A DNA stretch of 61,165 nt, the filler included, from Sphacelaria rigidula (Eukaryota): NCBI GenBank assembly GCA_964200075.2. It is 5 parts of 5 records of this genome, joined end to end, with 100 filler letters (N's around TTAATTAATTAA, not from the genome) between each part and the next. Parts side by side here need not be neighbours in the genome. Positions count along the whole stretch, not along the records: positions 12,260 to 24,411 come from CAXNAA020004071.1; positions 24,512 to 36,663 come from CAXNAA020004072.1; 3 more parts are not named here. One strand, written 5' to 3'. The notes beneath the pieces were generated by a model. That model worked only from the letters and a program-made list of their open reading frames with translations, did no database searches and had not been told where the DNA came from. This document shows positions 12,260 to 25,789 of this stretch, piece by piece (positions within the stretch are counted from its first letter, which is position 1; the number at the start of each line of letters is the position of its first letter). The position numbers and the translations under genes were made by a program.

Positions 12260-15200
12260 GCACCAAGCCTGCTGTCCCCTAGTTTATTGCCGAGGCGTTG
12301 GCGGATGCGGTCAGCTGCCGTGTGCAGAGATCCTTGACATGGAGACCGCTGAGATGACGAGCACACCGCCCCTCCAAGCTCATAACCTACCATGATCACG
12401 TTTATGGAATCATATCCCGTGTCGTGTGCCTCGACTAACTACCACTGGTAGTCCGGGTAAATTTGGCGAGGCGCGAGATAATGTTGCTACTTTGCCTAAA
12501 GGCTGTCACTGCCGTGCGCTCGTGTATTGCACATAGACGTGTGTGAGCCTTGCCGGCATCCGAGGTCATCGCTGCTTTGAGGATAAATCCTCGCAACTGT
12601 AATAACGGTTTGTCTGGGTGGGTTAGTGTCATGAAGATGCATACTAGCCTGTTGTCATGTCGCTTCAGACCCGTTGTCGAAGTCTGGCTTTCGGTAATAT
12701 TGGGAATCCCAGTAGACAAGATTGCAGGTCTGCTCAGAGTTGGTCGCGTTCTGATGTGAGCTTGTATATTGGTAAAAGATAGCGAGATAGATCGGCTGGG
12801 ACAGATATAGCTCGCCCATCCTCCAGCAATATCAACTGCTCCTCTATTGCCCTCCAGCAAAAGAAGTCTAACTATCGGTGAGACGCATTGGGTCGAATTG
12901 GACTGATTGAGTGGGTACTGGAGTTAGAATCAAGATTATCAAGAGAGAAGTGAAGAACCTATTCGCGTGAACCTCGTCTGATATTGTGTTGAGCTGTGTT
13001 CAGCAGTGTGCAGAGCTGTGCCAGCCTGACTGTTGCCCGCTGGCCTTGTGAGCCTGTACCTTGGACTACAACCTGTGTTCTTGCATTATGCTGCCGCTTG
13101 CTCTTTATTACATTGTCGTCGAACTAAGGAGCTTCTTCTTTGGCTATTGCATTTCTTTCTTGTACCGATTTGTATCCCTGGCTGCCAGCTGTGTACTCCA
13201 GCTTTTTGATCATTTGCCCCCTTTTCCCTTCAGGACAGTTCTAGTCAAATCTACCGCCCAGGTTGTCAGTAGCTCTCGAGCTTCTGCCCCGCGTGTCTCT
13301 CGGTAGAGTGCATTCGTGCCCTGCTACTTGCAGTTGCTGTAGCACTCGACGGCACATCTTGTGTGGCCAACGTGGGGTCAACGCGCGCTGCTTGCTATTC
13401 CTGCCGTGCTGTCAATTTGACACCACCTGCACAAGGCCCAACGGTATCAGTTCCGTCTGCACGTCTTCGAGTCTTTTCGTGATTCACCAGCCCGGCACGA
13501 TCACCACCCCAAGCCATCGTTGGCTCGTGTATTTGGCCTTGTGGCTCTCTTCCCTTCTGCAGAATAAGCCTTCTACTACAGTTTTGTACAAAACACCAGA
13601 GCACAAAGGCGCACTGGTGTTTATAGCCAGCCGCTGTTCTTGACCTGAGCTCCTGCCAAGCCGGCACGCTGCTGCTCTTGTTTTTCAGTAACGATTGTAC
13701 GCGACTGTTGTATCTTTCCTTCACGAAATTACTGAACAAGTACAGACCGTGTTCACACAGTGTGATAACGGACGTCTGTACACGAACTTTGGATTGTTCC
13801 GGCACTTTACCTTCGTTGCTCGTGGCGACCCTGTTGTTGTTGTAGCTTTAGCTTCGTTGCTTGTGGCTACTTTGTTCTTGTTGTCCTCTTGTGTACTTTG
13901 CACAGCCGTAAGGCAACGCAGTACATCACCGTGGTAAGTAACAATACACAGCATAACGTACTGTAATTTTTTATCCTTTAACCCCTTCTCGAACAAAGAA
14001 AATTATTGTTCCGAGACGGTTTCGTTGAAATACTACTAGTTGAAACATTTTAACCTCCGTTACGTGCTCATTTGAACAGACAGCACTCAAAATCGGTGCC
14101 CCTTGCCTGTGCACTGCAATTTTTCGGCACCCGCTCCCAGCGTTGCCCCTGTTGTGCACCACATCACCTTTGTTCCGCATACATACGTTGTCTCAACTTC
14201 GTTGGATAACATGCCTTCGCTCTGCACTACGCAGTTCGCGGTCTACGACCCAAGCTTTGTAAAAGCTTTTGGGCTGCCTTACGCTGCACAGTTTTCGTGC
14301 GCATCTGAGAATATATATATATATATATATCTTTAGTTCTTTTCATTTGCACACCGCCAGTCGTTCCTCAACTTGTGCTGGAATCATACATCTATAGTCT
14401 GCCCGTGACGCTACATCCGGAACACGTGTAAGTTGTTCTTCCACGTACCAACACTGCTACAGACAATCGGGTCTTCGCTTGCCCTCGACGGCATACGTCT
14501 GTTCTGTGCACAACCCCGTGCTAGCTATTACCGCCACAACTTGAATAAAGTTGTATTAATCAGACCCCGGGCATAGTTGTTACAAACCGCAATTCGCTTG
14601 ATTAAAATACTCAAGTAAATCAGGTCCCACGGTCCCCTCAGGCGCTATTATTAAGCTTCATTATCCAGTATTTTCCTGGTTAAGCTTCGGCTTCTGCACG
14701 TAGCATCACTCGGTGTCACGCTCCTGTGGTTAGAGCCCGCAGATCAGACATACTGCACCTTCCTTTTTTTGGCACAAAGGCTGCGTACGATTATCATGTC
14801 GCACAGAAAAAACGCTGGCTCTTCTCCTCAATTGGGAAATCAACCGCTTCGCCGGACCCGGAGTCAAACTACTGGCGGTTCGAAATATTTCAAGGTGAGC
14901 GGCATGCCACCTTCAACACATCGCCGCACGTATGCAAGCGCTGTTCGTTCTTCGGGATCTGAAGACCAACATTCGAGCGAAGCTCATTCTTCAACGCTTG
15001 AAGACCAGACTTTGACGCCGAGACCTGTTCTCTCACGTTCCGACCCGGACTCAGAGAACATGGTAGTGCAACCGGCCGAGTCATTGGTTCCTGACGAACA
15101 TGTCAGTGAGCCCATAACGGTGGATTCCGTCGCACACCCCTCGCTGGCCCCTGCACCCCCGAATCCCAATGTGGAATCCGGAGTTAGGGTTGTGCCCTCA

Positions 15201-17588
15201 GTCGAGTCGTTGCCCCTGGACACACGTGTCCAGCTCGGCCCTGTCACGGTTGCTTCAACCGTGGCACCCCGTCGCTTGACGGCTGACAACTCTCGAGACG
15301 ATTCTGTCCCGACGAAGCGCATCGCTTCTGGAGCAAGAGATTTTTTCACACGGGCTGCTTCCGTTACGGACCCCCTTCGCACGACTCTTGATGGTCCCAT
15401 GCCCCCTACTGCGCAGTCCAATGTCGGACCTGCAGTTGCGGCCATGCATGCTGCCATGCAAACTCTGCATCGCACTTCCTCGGCGTCATCGCCATCGCCA
15501 GCACCAGCTCATCGAGGCATTTACGGCTTTTTGCCACGCCACGCTCCAAGACCAGTCGGCGTCTGCTCATGTGCAATTCAATGATGACTCTGCACCTGCC
15601 ACGCCCAAACCCGTACGTCTGGCTACCCTCGGCGACATCGCGTCCTCTGTTCATCACTGATGATAAATTTAACGAACATGAGTCCAGCCCTTCCTCAACG
15701 TCGCAGCAGAGCCATACTCGCGCTTCTGACCGGCGCCGCACACCGAGACTTGGCCATGACCATGTCTCCCGTTCTAGCAGTTCTAAGGGCCACTCCCAGC
15801 AAAGCTTGAATTCATTGCGCGCTTCCACACGCCCGAAGAATATCGCTCATGGACACAAATATGAAGGAAGTTCACGCCATAGTTCCAGTTCATCCCGCGC
15901 TCCTAAGCGCCCGGTGAACACTAACCATGGCCGTACTCACGGGGATGCCTTGCGGCCCAGATCAAGTTCTTCGCGCGTTAACTCGCGCTTGAACAACTCC
16001 GATCATGCACCTTCGCGCATCTCTACTGCTCAGCCTTTGTCACACAACCGTTATGTACGCAATGATAACACTGTACATGCTGACGATATCCAAAACATGT
16101 TTTCGGACATGTCACCGGCTCCAGAATCCTCACTTGCAGGGTCCGACCGCACCTCATCGCACAACCGACGACAACGCACTGACCGCGAACCACCGTCCCG
16201 TTCCGACGCTGCGCTCATTCGCTCTCTGCAAAAATGTTTGACAGATCTCGGACAGCAACTAGCGACAGCAACTATGGACGCCCAACGCACTACCGCTACT
16301 GCCAGCAAGACTATTCGCGCTCCCGCAGCTACTGCTGCCGCTACCTTGACTGCTGCACCTGTGGCCTCCCCTGCACCGGCTCATACAACCGCCGCCGCTC
16401 CGCCTGCTATCGACACGGATGCGATAGCAGCTCCACCACGGCCCCTGTGCGCCCTCCCCCATCCGTGGAGGTTCTCCCTCCGCTTGGCGATGAGCACTGC
16501 CCCACCGGCCTGCTCTTGCGCCTGTTTACCAACCGGCCACGCGCTGAACAGCAACAACTCATCGCTGACTATGAGTCGCAGGAGCTTGTGCTGACGCAAA
16601 ACATCCTCGGCAAACAACGCGACGCCGACGCCGCCGCTGTTCGCCTCCTTCTGGAAGAGCACGAGAGTACCCTCGAGGACCTCCAGCGCCAGGCCTCCCT
16701 TGCTCAATCCACGAGCACGGCGGCTCAACGAGCGCTCGACGAAGGCCGTCCTGCGGCTACGTCGGCTCAAAGACGGGTTCGTCAACTCGAAGATCATGTT
16801 CAGCGGACCGCCCAAGCAGCGGCTTCGTCGGCGGCCCGCCTAACTGATCACCAGGCCGCTCCGGCTTTCACCGACAACTTGCTCAGGCCCCACCTGCCAG
16901 CGTCCAGCAGAGCGACGTATGTCATTTCTCGCAAGTCCAACAGGACGTCGCCTGCTGCCGCCGCTGCCGCCGCCACGACGCCTCCGACACCTCCGCGTCA
17001 CGGAGTTGGCTCGGTGCCGCACACAGCTTCCTCGTCGAACTTGCGACTGGTGTCTCACGAACGAGAATGGCTTTCTTGTCCTGTGTCAACCTATACCGGT
17101 CCCTTCGACCGGCGAAACCATCTGCACTGCTCCCCAACCGCATGGACCTCGATATCCCAACGTATTTTTTACACAGTTGGGGTGTATGTCGAACAGAACG
17201 GCTTCCTCCCCAAGGCATGCGTGTCGGTGCTCACCTTGGGCCAACTAGTTTTGCAGACTACCGTTGGCAATCACCAGGACCACCACACTTACGTTCGAGC
17301 GGTCGAGGAACTTTTTGCGGCGCTCCGCGCCGCCTACAACACTCATCCCAGCGCTACCCTCAACGGAGACGAAGATGAAGATGGGTGGACTCCCGCAACA
17401 TCCAACTGCCGGGGACAGAAGAAAAATCATCGGCGCGACGACGATGATACCGATGGAGGGAATTCACGCCGCCGCCATGGCGGTGGAGGATCCTCTTCAA
17501 GCAGTTCCGGACCGGACCGAACCGCCCGCCCCGCAAGCCGAAAGGCAAGCACACTGGAGGCAACTCTTCCGGCTCATCCGCATCGGCC

Positions 17589-19187
17589 TTGAACCGGTCC
17601 GGTGCAGCTCTTCCCGCCTCGGGCTCGGAGACCCCCAGGCAAGTAGTTCCTAAGTTGGCTGATGTTTCGGCCCGCATTTTAGGTTTGTCCGATACGAATA
17701 CACCTGATCGTCCTTTGTCTTCTACTGCAGCCCGCGCTTTAGCAACCACCGCAGCTGACAAGGAACGTTCGGAAGCTATCAAAAAAGCAGCTTCCGATAA
17801 AGCTGAGTCTGCCCGAGTGGCTGCAATACAAAGACAGTATATTCAGATGGATGTGAAAAAACCCTGGCACATAAAAACCATGCCTGCCGCGGATAACGAA
17901 GATTCGGGCCAGTTTACTTCTGCCCTCATCACGTCCATCCGCCACACTGTTTGTAACATCCTCCACTTGGCGGATGTGACTGGTACACAACGTTTCGAAT
18001 ATTCCGACTGGGTAGAGGGCTGGCAGACCCCCTTGCACAAAGCAATGCATCGATCGATCAGCCGCCACTCTCCCGACCTCGCTGCTTCCGTGACGCAGGT
18101 TCTCGACGGATTCCTCGCCGAGATGGACCCGGATCGTGCCAAGGGGAAGACAGGCCCGGTAATACTCTCTGATTTGGAGAGGCGTCTGATCGGTTACTGC
18201 GATAAAAGTGACCAGGCTAGTGCCATCCAGAGGCTGAGTTCCTTTGTTGTCGCCTCTGATGTCCCTTTCGCGGACTATCTCCGCGAATTTAAGCTCGGGT
18301 ACAACGGGAGTCGGACGTCAGAACGGACCGAGTGATACAATGTGTCAGACTTACGTTCGCAATAGTGTTGCTCAACAGTTTCCGGCTCTGATGTCGTCGT
18401 TGTTTCCGGGTGTCTTGGCGCATCGCGAGATGCCTTACGCCTCCGTTGATACTATATGTGGTCTGCTTTTGTACACCAAGAGGGTAATCTAACGCCTGCC
18501 ATACGTGGCAAACCTTCAACGTCTGCGCGTTCACAACCTACGGTTGTGTCCTCCGCTCATGCCCAAGAGGCTCGCGGCAGGAATTCGAGCTCGTCTCGCG
18601 CTTCATGGACCCCCGACTCAGTCGCCGGTTCAGTTATGCATGTTCAGAGTACCAGAGATGCATTTAGCGCGAGTTTTGACGGTTGGCCGTTTTCCGAGGA
18701 AACTTGGGATGATGTTTATCTGACTTCAACAACGGCATTCATAACCGATGACCCCCACTTGTGGAACCCACTTCTTTCGTCTTCCGCTGGACGCAATGCC
18801 TTCAGCAGCCATGCCAACAGTTGTATCAAGTGTAGTGTTCAGGGCCATAGCATGCGCGACTGTGACAGCCCATGCATCAATGCCTTTGATCTCATGAACC
18901 CTGAATTTCAGGACAACGAACCCGCGTGGCGCCGATGACAAACACGCATGCACGATTATCGTCCACCAACTCGAAATTACCGCAGAAATTCGAACCAACG
19001 TGGCAACAGAAGCTCTAATCGCGGTCGCCGACACAACAACCATCACGGAAACCCTCGCCAGAACGATAAAAATTCTCGCGACAACCAACGTTCCGCTGAT
19101 AGACACCAGCGGACGGGGCCGACACAAAGTTCTAATCCCAACACCAGAAATCCTGGTACCTTCACTTCGGATCGCTTAGACCCATGA
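17589..19187 (+). pseudogene. Gypsy gag core with CCHC zinc knuckle
   Basis: FVVASDVPFADYLREFKL capsid-like segment; CIKCSVQGHSMRDC (CX2CX4HX4C, ~18822-18863); R/N-rich tail; frameshifts. Confidence 0.75.
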
Positions 19188-20326
19188 CGTGCCGACGCCG
19201 GCGTTCTTCGGTCTTCCACGCCGTCGATAGCACGAGGACGACGTTTTCAACACAGCCCGAGGAGTCCGTGTCAAAAATTGCTGACTCGACTGCCCCGGCA
19301 CTATCCAGGAGCGTAACTGACGGCCGTTCATATCGACCCCCGTCTCGAACCTCCACAAAATTTTCAACACAGCCCACAGAGCCCGCGACCAAGATTGTCC
19401 GCCCGGCCCTCCCGGCACTATGCAGGAGTGCATCTGACGGCCGTTCAAACAGACCCCCGTCTTCATCCCTCCACACACCGCGTAACAGTTGTGTCACCCC
19501 GCGACTCAGATCTACACCCGGCACTGAACTTGGTCCTTCAGTACCGAGTATAAGTCTGAGGTGTGGAAAGACCAACCGCCAGTCCCTGAGGCAAAGGCTT
19601 CCCTCAGCGACCGCACGCACAGGTAGCAGTAAGCCTTCTTCAGCTGACATAAGTGTTGCTAATTTGAATTTGACGGCATCGGATCATGTAATTCCCAATC
19701 AGTTTGATCGGGCTCCCTCCCTGCGATTTTCCAAACGCACGGACCTACCTTCGGCCGGTTTTACTAACAACCGCCCCAACATACCTTCGGCCATGCCCCA
19801 ACAGACAAGCTTGCCTACGGAAAGCAGCCCACAAGTTTCGCTCCGTCATGCCCCGATGCTGACCCCATCCACGCAACTGGACGCAGTTGTGGTATCATCC
19901 CCAAATATTTTGGAAGTTCCCCGACCGTTGTCACGGCGAAAGAGAAAGCCCCGTAAGCATGCCCCCAAGGACGCGCACGCATCACTACGTACATCTCCTT
20001 CGAGCAGAAATCCTCGACCTCAATCTCTCCAAAATGCGACGACTTTGAGCTCGATGGCTCTATCAAGTATCCTGGAAGAAACAAAATCATAGGATTCTGA
20101 CGGCACTATTTCTCCAATCGACGGCTCCAACCCCGCACATTCTAGATCCCCCTTTGTCGGTGATCCCTGTCAACCAAAGTCGATAATTTACGAAATCGCC
20201 AATGACCGTGCCACATCTGGAAATAACATCCCGTCCACCCCCTTCTCTGGTGAGACATCTGACCCACCGGCGGATCATCCGCCGTGCGCTTTTTCTGTCA
20301 GCCCCGCTGATCCTGACCAGTTTACC

Positions 20327-22800
20327 TTGCCGGAACACGGTCCGGATCTTGTCGGCGGCAAAGTGTCTGTGGATCCGGCCACTTTTACTACTCGCGTTGC
20401 GATCCATGCCGGTCCAAACGCTATCACGCCTACAAAATGCGTATCGTTGTTGGACAGCGGCAGTCCGCAAACATTTATTCAAGAACCAACGTGGGAACAC
20501 ATGAAAAAGACTGGCGCTGCTACTGCAGCTTGCGAAACCACCACCAAACCTCGCGTGTGGGGCGGCTTCGGTGATTCTGCCGCGCCACTGACGACTCGTA
20601 CATCCGTACGTCTCAGTGTGCAGTTCTTTCACAACACCACTCGATCTGCTCGCCTGGCAGTCTGGGCATACGTTGTCCCCGACAGTACTATGCATCACGC
20701 CATATTTTTGGGCAGAGATAGCTATATGCGGTTTAATAAACGCACCTACCGCACGCTTCCACCACTAATGCCACATTCCTCGCCGCGTGGAGTATTCAAC
20801 CTCGAGCACTTCGGTACTCTCCACGGCGCCTTGGATTATCAGAAAAATCCTCAAGCGACCGGAGCTGCTTACCACCTACGTTATAGCGGTAGCGTGGGTA
20901 TAACTCTCTCCGACGACCCCCAACGTCTTGCAGTTGCACTAGTTCGCCGAAATGGCATGCCAGCACTCACGGGCCATTATCTTGCCCAACTGTTACCCCG
21001 TATTGGCGCACCAGCCGACACGGAACGTTTCGTGTCGGCGGGACAACAACTCCTCCCTCTTACGAAACATGCTGACTTAGAACCCGGCGACGTTTTAGGA
21101 ATCGCCGCTGCTCCCCTGATGCACATCCCACTCGAGACGTGCGTCACAGAGCCTGCCGCACCAAACAACACATCTCCGGCGGAGTCAGTTCATTGTGTCG
21201 ATGAACCCTATTTCGATCTCGCCTCTGCGACTCCACCCCAGGTCCACACCGTGGATCCTGCCCAGTCAAATTCCGACCCTCCTGCTGAAGTGCTTCAACG
21301 CTTATCACCAGATTCTCGGAATAGTTTCTTGCACATGTGGAACCAACTGCCGCCACACATGTGCGACATCAACTTTGACCCTCATGGGCCCGGCTGGGAA
21401 CCAGCAGTCATCCAAGAACTCAGTGATGCCCTGCTACAGTACCAAGACCGATTTTCCCGATCCAAGACGGATCTTGGGCATTGCAAAACACTGCCCTTTG
21501 AGGTTACCCTCCAACCCGGTGTCTCGCCGATTTCTTCTCGGCCATACCGTACCAACCCAATCCTTACCAAGAAAGTTAACGCCATCTTGGACGCGTATTT
21601 GGGAGCGGGACTAATACAACATTCGTCCTCTCCTTGGGCCTCGTCAGTTGTTGTCGTCCTCAAAAAGGATGAAAACATACGCATCGCCGTGAATTATGAA
21701 CAGTTGAACCGCGTCACTGTCGTCGGTAAACTTCCAATTCCCCGCATTGATGAAGTCTTCGACTCCTTAGGCGAAGGCAAAATATTCAGCACCTTCGACC
21801 TCGCTTCTGGATTATTTCAGAATGCTATACACCTTGACACAGTCCCACTGACGGCTTTTTGCACCTCGTCCGGGCTCTATGAGTGGCTTCGCATGCCACA
21901 AGGCGCCGCCACTGCCCCGGGATGCTTTCAACGCTTAATGCAACGCGTCACCGAGGGCCTCGAGCACATCATCATGTACTTGGATGACGCTATCGCTTTC
22001 GATGCCTCACCTATTGCACGTATACGCACTCTACGAGAACTTCTCTCTCGCCTACGTACGCTCGATTTGAAACTGTCTCCATCCAAAGCTCGCCTTGGTG
22101 CGACTGACTTGGATTTCTTGGGTCATTCCATTTCGCCAGCAGGCCTGCATCCGGATACACACAAAGTCAAGGCGATGACTGATTTGCCGATGCCAACTAA
22201 CATTTCTCAACTTCGCTCATTATTGGGTGGGCTATCCTACTACCGCAAATATTTGCCGAATTTATCGACACGGATTCGCCACCTTACTGAGCTACTCAAG
22301 AAAGGAGCCGTGTTTTCTCTCACCACATAAATGGAGACTATCACCCGCGAATTACTCAAGACGCTTACCGAAAAGCCCGTACTTTACTTTCCTGATTGGG
22401 AGGCAGTACAAGATGGCTCCCACCTTTTCCAACTCCATATTGACGCCAGCACAAATGGACTTGGAGGAGTTTTGAATCAACCCCAGCTTGATGGCTCTAT
22501 CCGACCCATCCTTTATATCAGCCGTGCTACCCTGCCCAACGAGGCTAATTGGAGCCCGCTAGAATTGGAAGGCGGAGTAATCACTTGGGCCATTAAGCGC
22601 CTTTGACAATATCTGTTTAATGTGCCCTTCGAGATCTATACGGATCACGGAGCACTTGAACAACTCGCCCAGGTTGGTGAACACAACCCTCGTGTACAAC
22701 GATGGTTGGTGGAGTTTCTAACAGCATACCAGTATACCATTAAGCACCGTCCAGGGAAAACCAACGGAAACGCGGATCTCCTGTCCCGCCTGCCTCTGCC
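20327..22800 (+). pseudogene. Gypsy pol: protease, RT, RNase H
   Basis: LLDSGS (~20450), SSPWAS, FSTFDLASG, MPQG, YLDD (~21977), FLGH, HIDAS, ELE, YTDH, NADLLSR; stops at 22328 and 22604. Confidence 0.93.
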
Positions 22801-23649
22801 GCCTACGGCCGCAGATTCCAGCCCGGCTTGCCGTTTAACGGAACCCGATGAACCCGGAATTTACGCGATCAGACGTTTTTCAACGCCCGTTTACGCCCTC
22901 GACCTCCAGTGCCCGGAAACAGGTATGCATATGGGAGGACCTCGCCCTCTACCATATGACGCCGTCTTGGGTGGGTTAAAGCCCACTACCCCGGATTTTG
23001 TCGATTTTCGCACTTTCGGTACTCGCGCGAAACTCTTCGCGGAGACACCCCCAGTCACCCACCTTATCTCCGACAACACACGCTCCCGGTCCGCCGCCCG
23101 CACCACACCGAGTGCCCCGCCGCCACCAACAACACCTTCAACCTCTATGAGCCACCCAGCACAAGTTCCACGGACCAACACACAAAGTTCCGCAAAAACT
23201 TCAGCACCGTGCGCCACGCGCCGCGAAAAATCTTCGCCGCGCACTGATACAACCCCGCCGCCTATACTGGCGCCGCAGACATCTTCTGCCCCCGAGCACG
23301 GAACTGACGCCTCGTCTCCTGCTCCCGAGACAGATCTTGACGTCGGCATTTCTGCCCCGTCGCCTGTTCCCCCGCCGCCTGCCTTACCATGTTTGGTCGG
23401 CTCGCCAGCGGAAGGCCAACTACGCGAGTTTCTCGCCAGCTACTCCCACCGTGATTGGGCTCGTGAACAAAACGCAGAACCGCTATGTGGCGCAGCCATT
23501 CGGTACTTACAGCTTGACTGTCCAGTCCCATTTCCGTCCACACTTCTGGCTCCGGTTGGACCACTGCCACCGCCAATGATTTCTGACGTATACGAGCTCG
23601 TGCGTAAAGGCATCCTTCTTACTACGGATGAAGGCGTGCAACTACTCGT

Positions 23650-24411
23650 ATGTCGGCCCACGCCCTTGATAGGCGTACGGGACGCACCGCTCGACTACTC
23701 AACGACGAACCCACGCGTATATATGTGCCATTATTAGTGCGTCCCTGGGTCATGAAAGGTTGCCATACAGACTTGTCATGCCACCTTGGTGTCACCCGCA
23801 TCCTCGCGCTCTTGGAACGCTTCTACTGGTGGGTTGGCATGGAAATTTCCACCCGATTCTGGATTCGGCGATGCTTTAAATGCCAAGCCCGAAAAACTTC
23901 ACGACAGACAGAACGCTGGCCAGTAATCTCTATGGGAGCCCGGCCACCTTGTGTCCTTTGACTACTTCGGCCCTCTCCCGACCACAGGTCGCGGCAACAC
24001 CTATATCTTACTCTTCACTGACCGTTTTAGCCGCCACGCGTCCATGTATGCGGTAACCGCCGCAGATTTCACTGCCGCCGGAACGGCCGACATTCTGGTC
24101 CATGATTACATTAAGCACTACGGCTGCCCGAAGCGACTACTCTCAGACAATGGTCAGCAATTTTGTTCAGACCTCTCGGATGAGCTTTATAAGCTCCTGG
24201 GCATCCGCAAAATTGCCACGAGCGCGTACCACCCGAACGGCAACGGCGGGACCGAGCGAGTTAATCACACCATGGCCCAGATGCTCTCTATGGTTGTCAA
24301 TGACCGCCAAAATGACTGGGACCTACATCTCTCGCACATCATGTTGTCCTACAACAACTCGGTTAGCGCCGCCACAGGCCTTTCTCCGAACGGACTCCAT
24401 CTTGGACGCTA
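23650..24411 (+). pseudogene. Gypsy integrase (HHCC and DDE core), truncated
   Basis: H..SCHLG..YWW..CFKC, FDYFGPLP, LLSDNGQQF, HPNGNGGTERVN. Confidence 0.92.
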
Positions 24412-24511
24412 NNNNNNNNNNNNNNNNNNNNNNNNNNNNNNNNNNNNNNNNNNNNTTAATTAATTAANNNNNNNNNNNNNNNNNNNNNNNNNNNNNNNNN
24501 NNNNNNNNNNN
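24412..24511. other. Artificial scaffold linker
   Basis: N44-TTAATTAATTAA-N44. Confidence 0.97.
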
Positions 24512-25566
24512 TGCAATGGAGGGATGGGACTTCAACCTCATTTTATGTTTCAACCCCAAAATTTAGGATCGGCTGTTCGGTAGTGAGTAAGAGGTGAGAT
24601 AAATATCCTGCGGAGCTCTTTCACGCTTTGCTTCAAATGAGTAAGCTTGACGCCAACGGGCCAATCCAAGCATTCAAACGTAGAGTAGCTCAGACGTACA
24701 CCCGACGAGCATACCGCACGATGCCACCAGAAATTCACGGTCGGGGTGCTATTATAGTGCGCAGGACACACAAAACGCAAGGGGTATGGGCCGATGCATG
24801 AAGAGATAATCTTCCTCGCTCCCTCATGCCCACGCTTCAAACACGCGAAGCTCACGTCTATCCGTGACCGACGCACTCTACGGGCGTCACTTCTGCGGGT
24901 TTAAAGAAAGGTACAGTTCCCGTTGGGTGCTGTAAGTGCACACATGGCTGCCATGTCAGAAAGAGTGCACACGTCTTACAGAGCTTTCGCTGCCGTGCTG
25001 GATTTCATCTACGACAGTAGTATAAGTCTCTTATCGTGTACCACTATCGGAGTGTACATTTTTACGATGAAAAACACTGCGATGCACATTGTAGTGCCTC
25101 GTTGAACCTCAACACAGTCAGGGCTCACGAGAATCTTCTCCGCCGATTATGCTCGTGCCGAACACTTTTGTACTATAAGAGCATATAAAGTGGGGCATGG
25201 GCATAGTTCGTACAAGCCTGTGGAAAGCAGCAGCTTTACTTCGTCGGTCCGATTTGTTTGAAATGATAATGGCGGCGTAACCGATACCTGTTCGTTTGTG
25301 CTCCCTTTTCCGCCAGCCTGCAGACTACCTACACGGTAGGACACGAATGAGATGCTTGCTGTGGGCCTAAGCTTACCTGTTGTGTCATTGATTCGTACGG
25401 TGATTTTCTCTTGTCCTTGCATCGTGGCTGCAAAGGTTGCGCGGAAGCTGTAACGTTGGCTTGGATGCGGCTACTACTACACTCAGTCCAACGTGGTGCA
25501 ACGGTGCCGTGCAGTCAGGTGCAGCGTGTATCATTTATTTGTCGTTTACAAAGAAGTGTCAAGGTG

Positions 25567-25783
25567 TGTAATGCGTGAGAGGACCGCGTGCTTAGAGGAC
25601 CGCATCGGAACTTGAACATCCTTATGGTTAGGGTTAGGTTTAGGGTTAGGGTTAGTGTCAGGGTTATGGTCAGGGGCGTAGTACCTGCAGGGACTGGCCC
25701 GATCGGTACCGAAAAACGTTGATCCTGAGGTGTTCTGAACTACGGCGCGGTCCTCTAAGCACGCGGTCCTCTCACGCATTACA
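25567..25783 (+). mobile_element. Telomere-repeat MITE, copy 1
   Basis: Perfect 37-bp TIR TGTAATGCGTGAGAGGACCGCGTGCTTAGAGGACCGC; internal GGTTAGGGTTAGG tract; flanks AGGTG/AGGGT (imperfect). Confidence 0.9.
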
Positions 25784-25789
25784 AGGGTA

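Larger units (their letters stand above)
14769..24411 (+). mobile_element. Large degenerate Ty3/Gypsy LTR retrotransposon (internal region, truncated at linker)
   Basis: Domain order gag(CCHC)-PR-RT-RNaseH-IN with scattered stops and frameshifts. LTR not identified. Confidence 0.92.

Noticed and set aside
12260-14760. 5' LTR and PBS of the first Gypsy element
   Set aside because: Plausible by position, but there is no second LTR for comparison and no clear PBS, so boundaries cannot be supported.
14984-23661. Many antisense ORFs over the Gypsy element
   Set aside because: Shadow ORFs of GC-rich sense-strand coding sequence with no recognisable motifs.
24550-25450. Short ORFs as a possible transposase remnant
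   Set aside because: No catalytic motif or TIR that I can identify.
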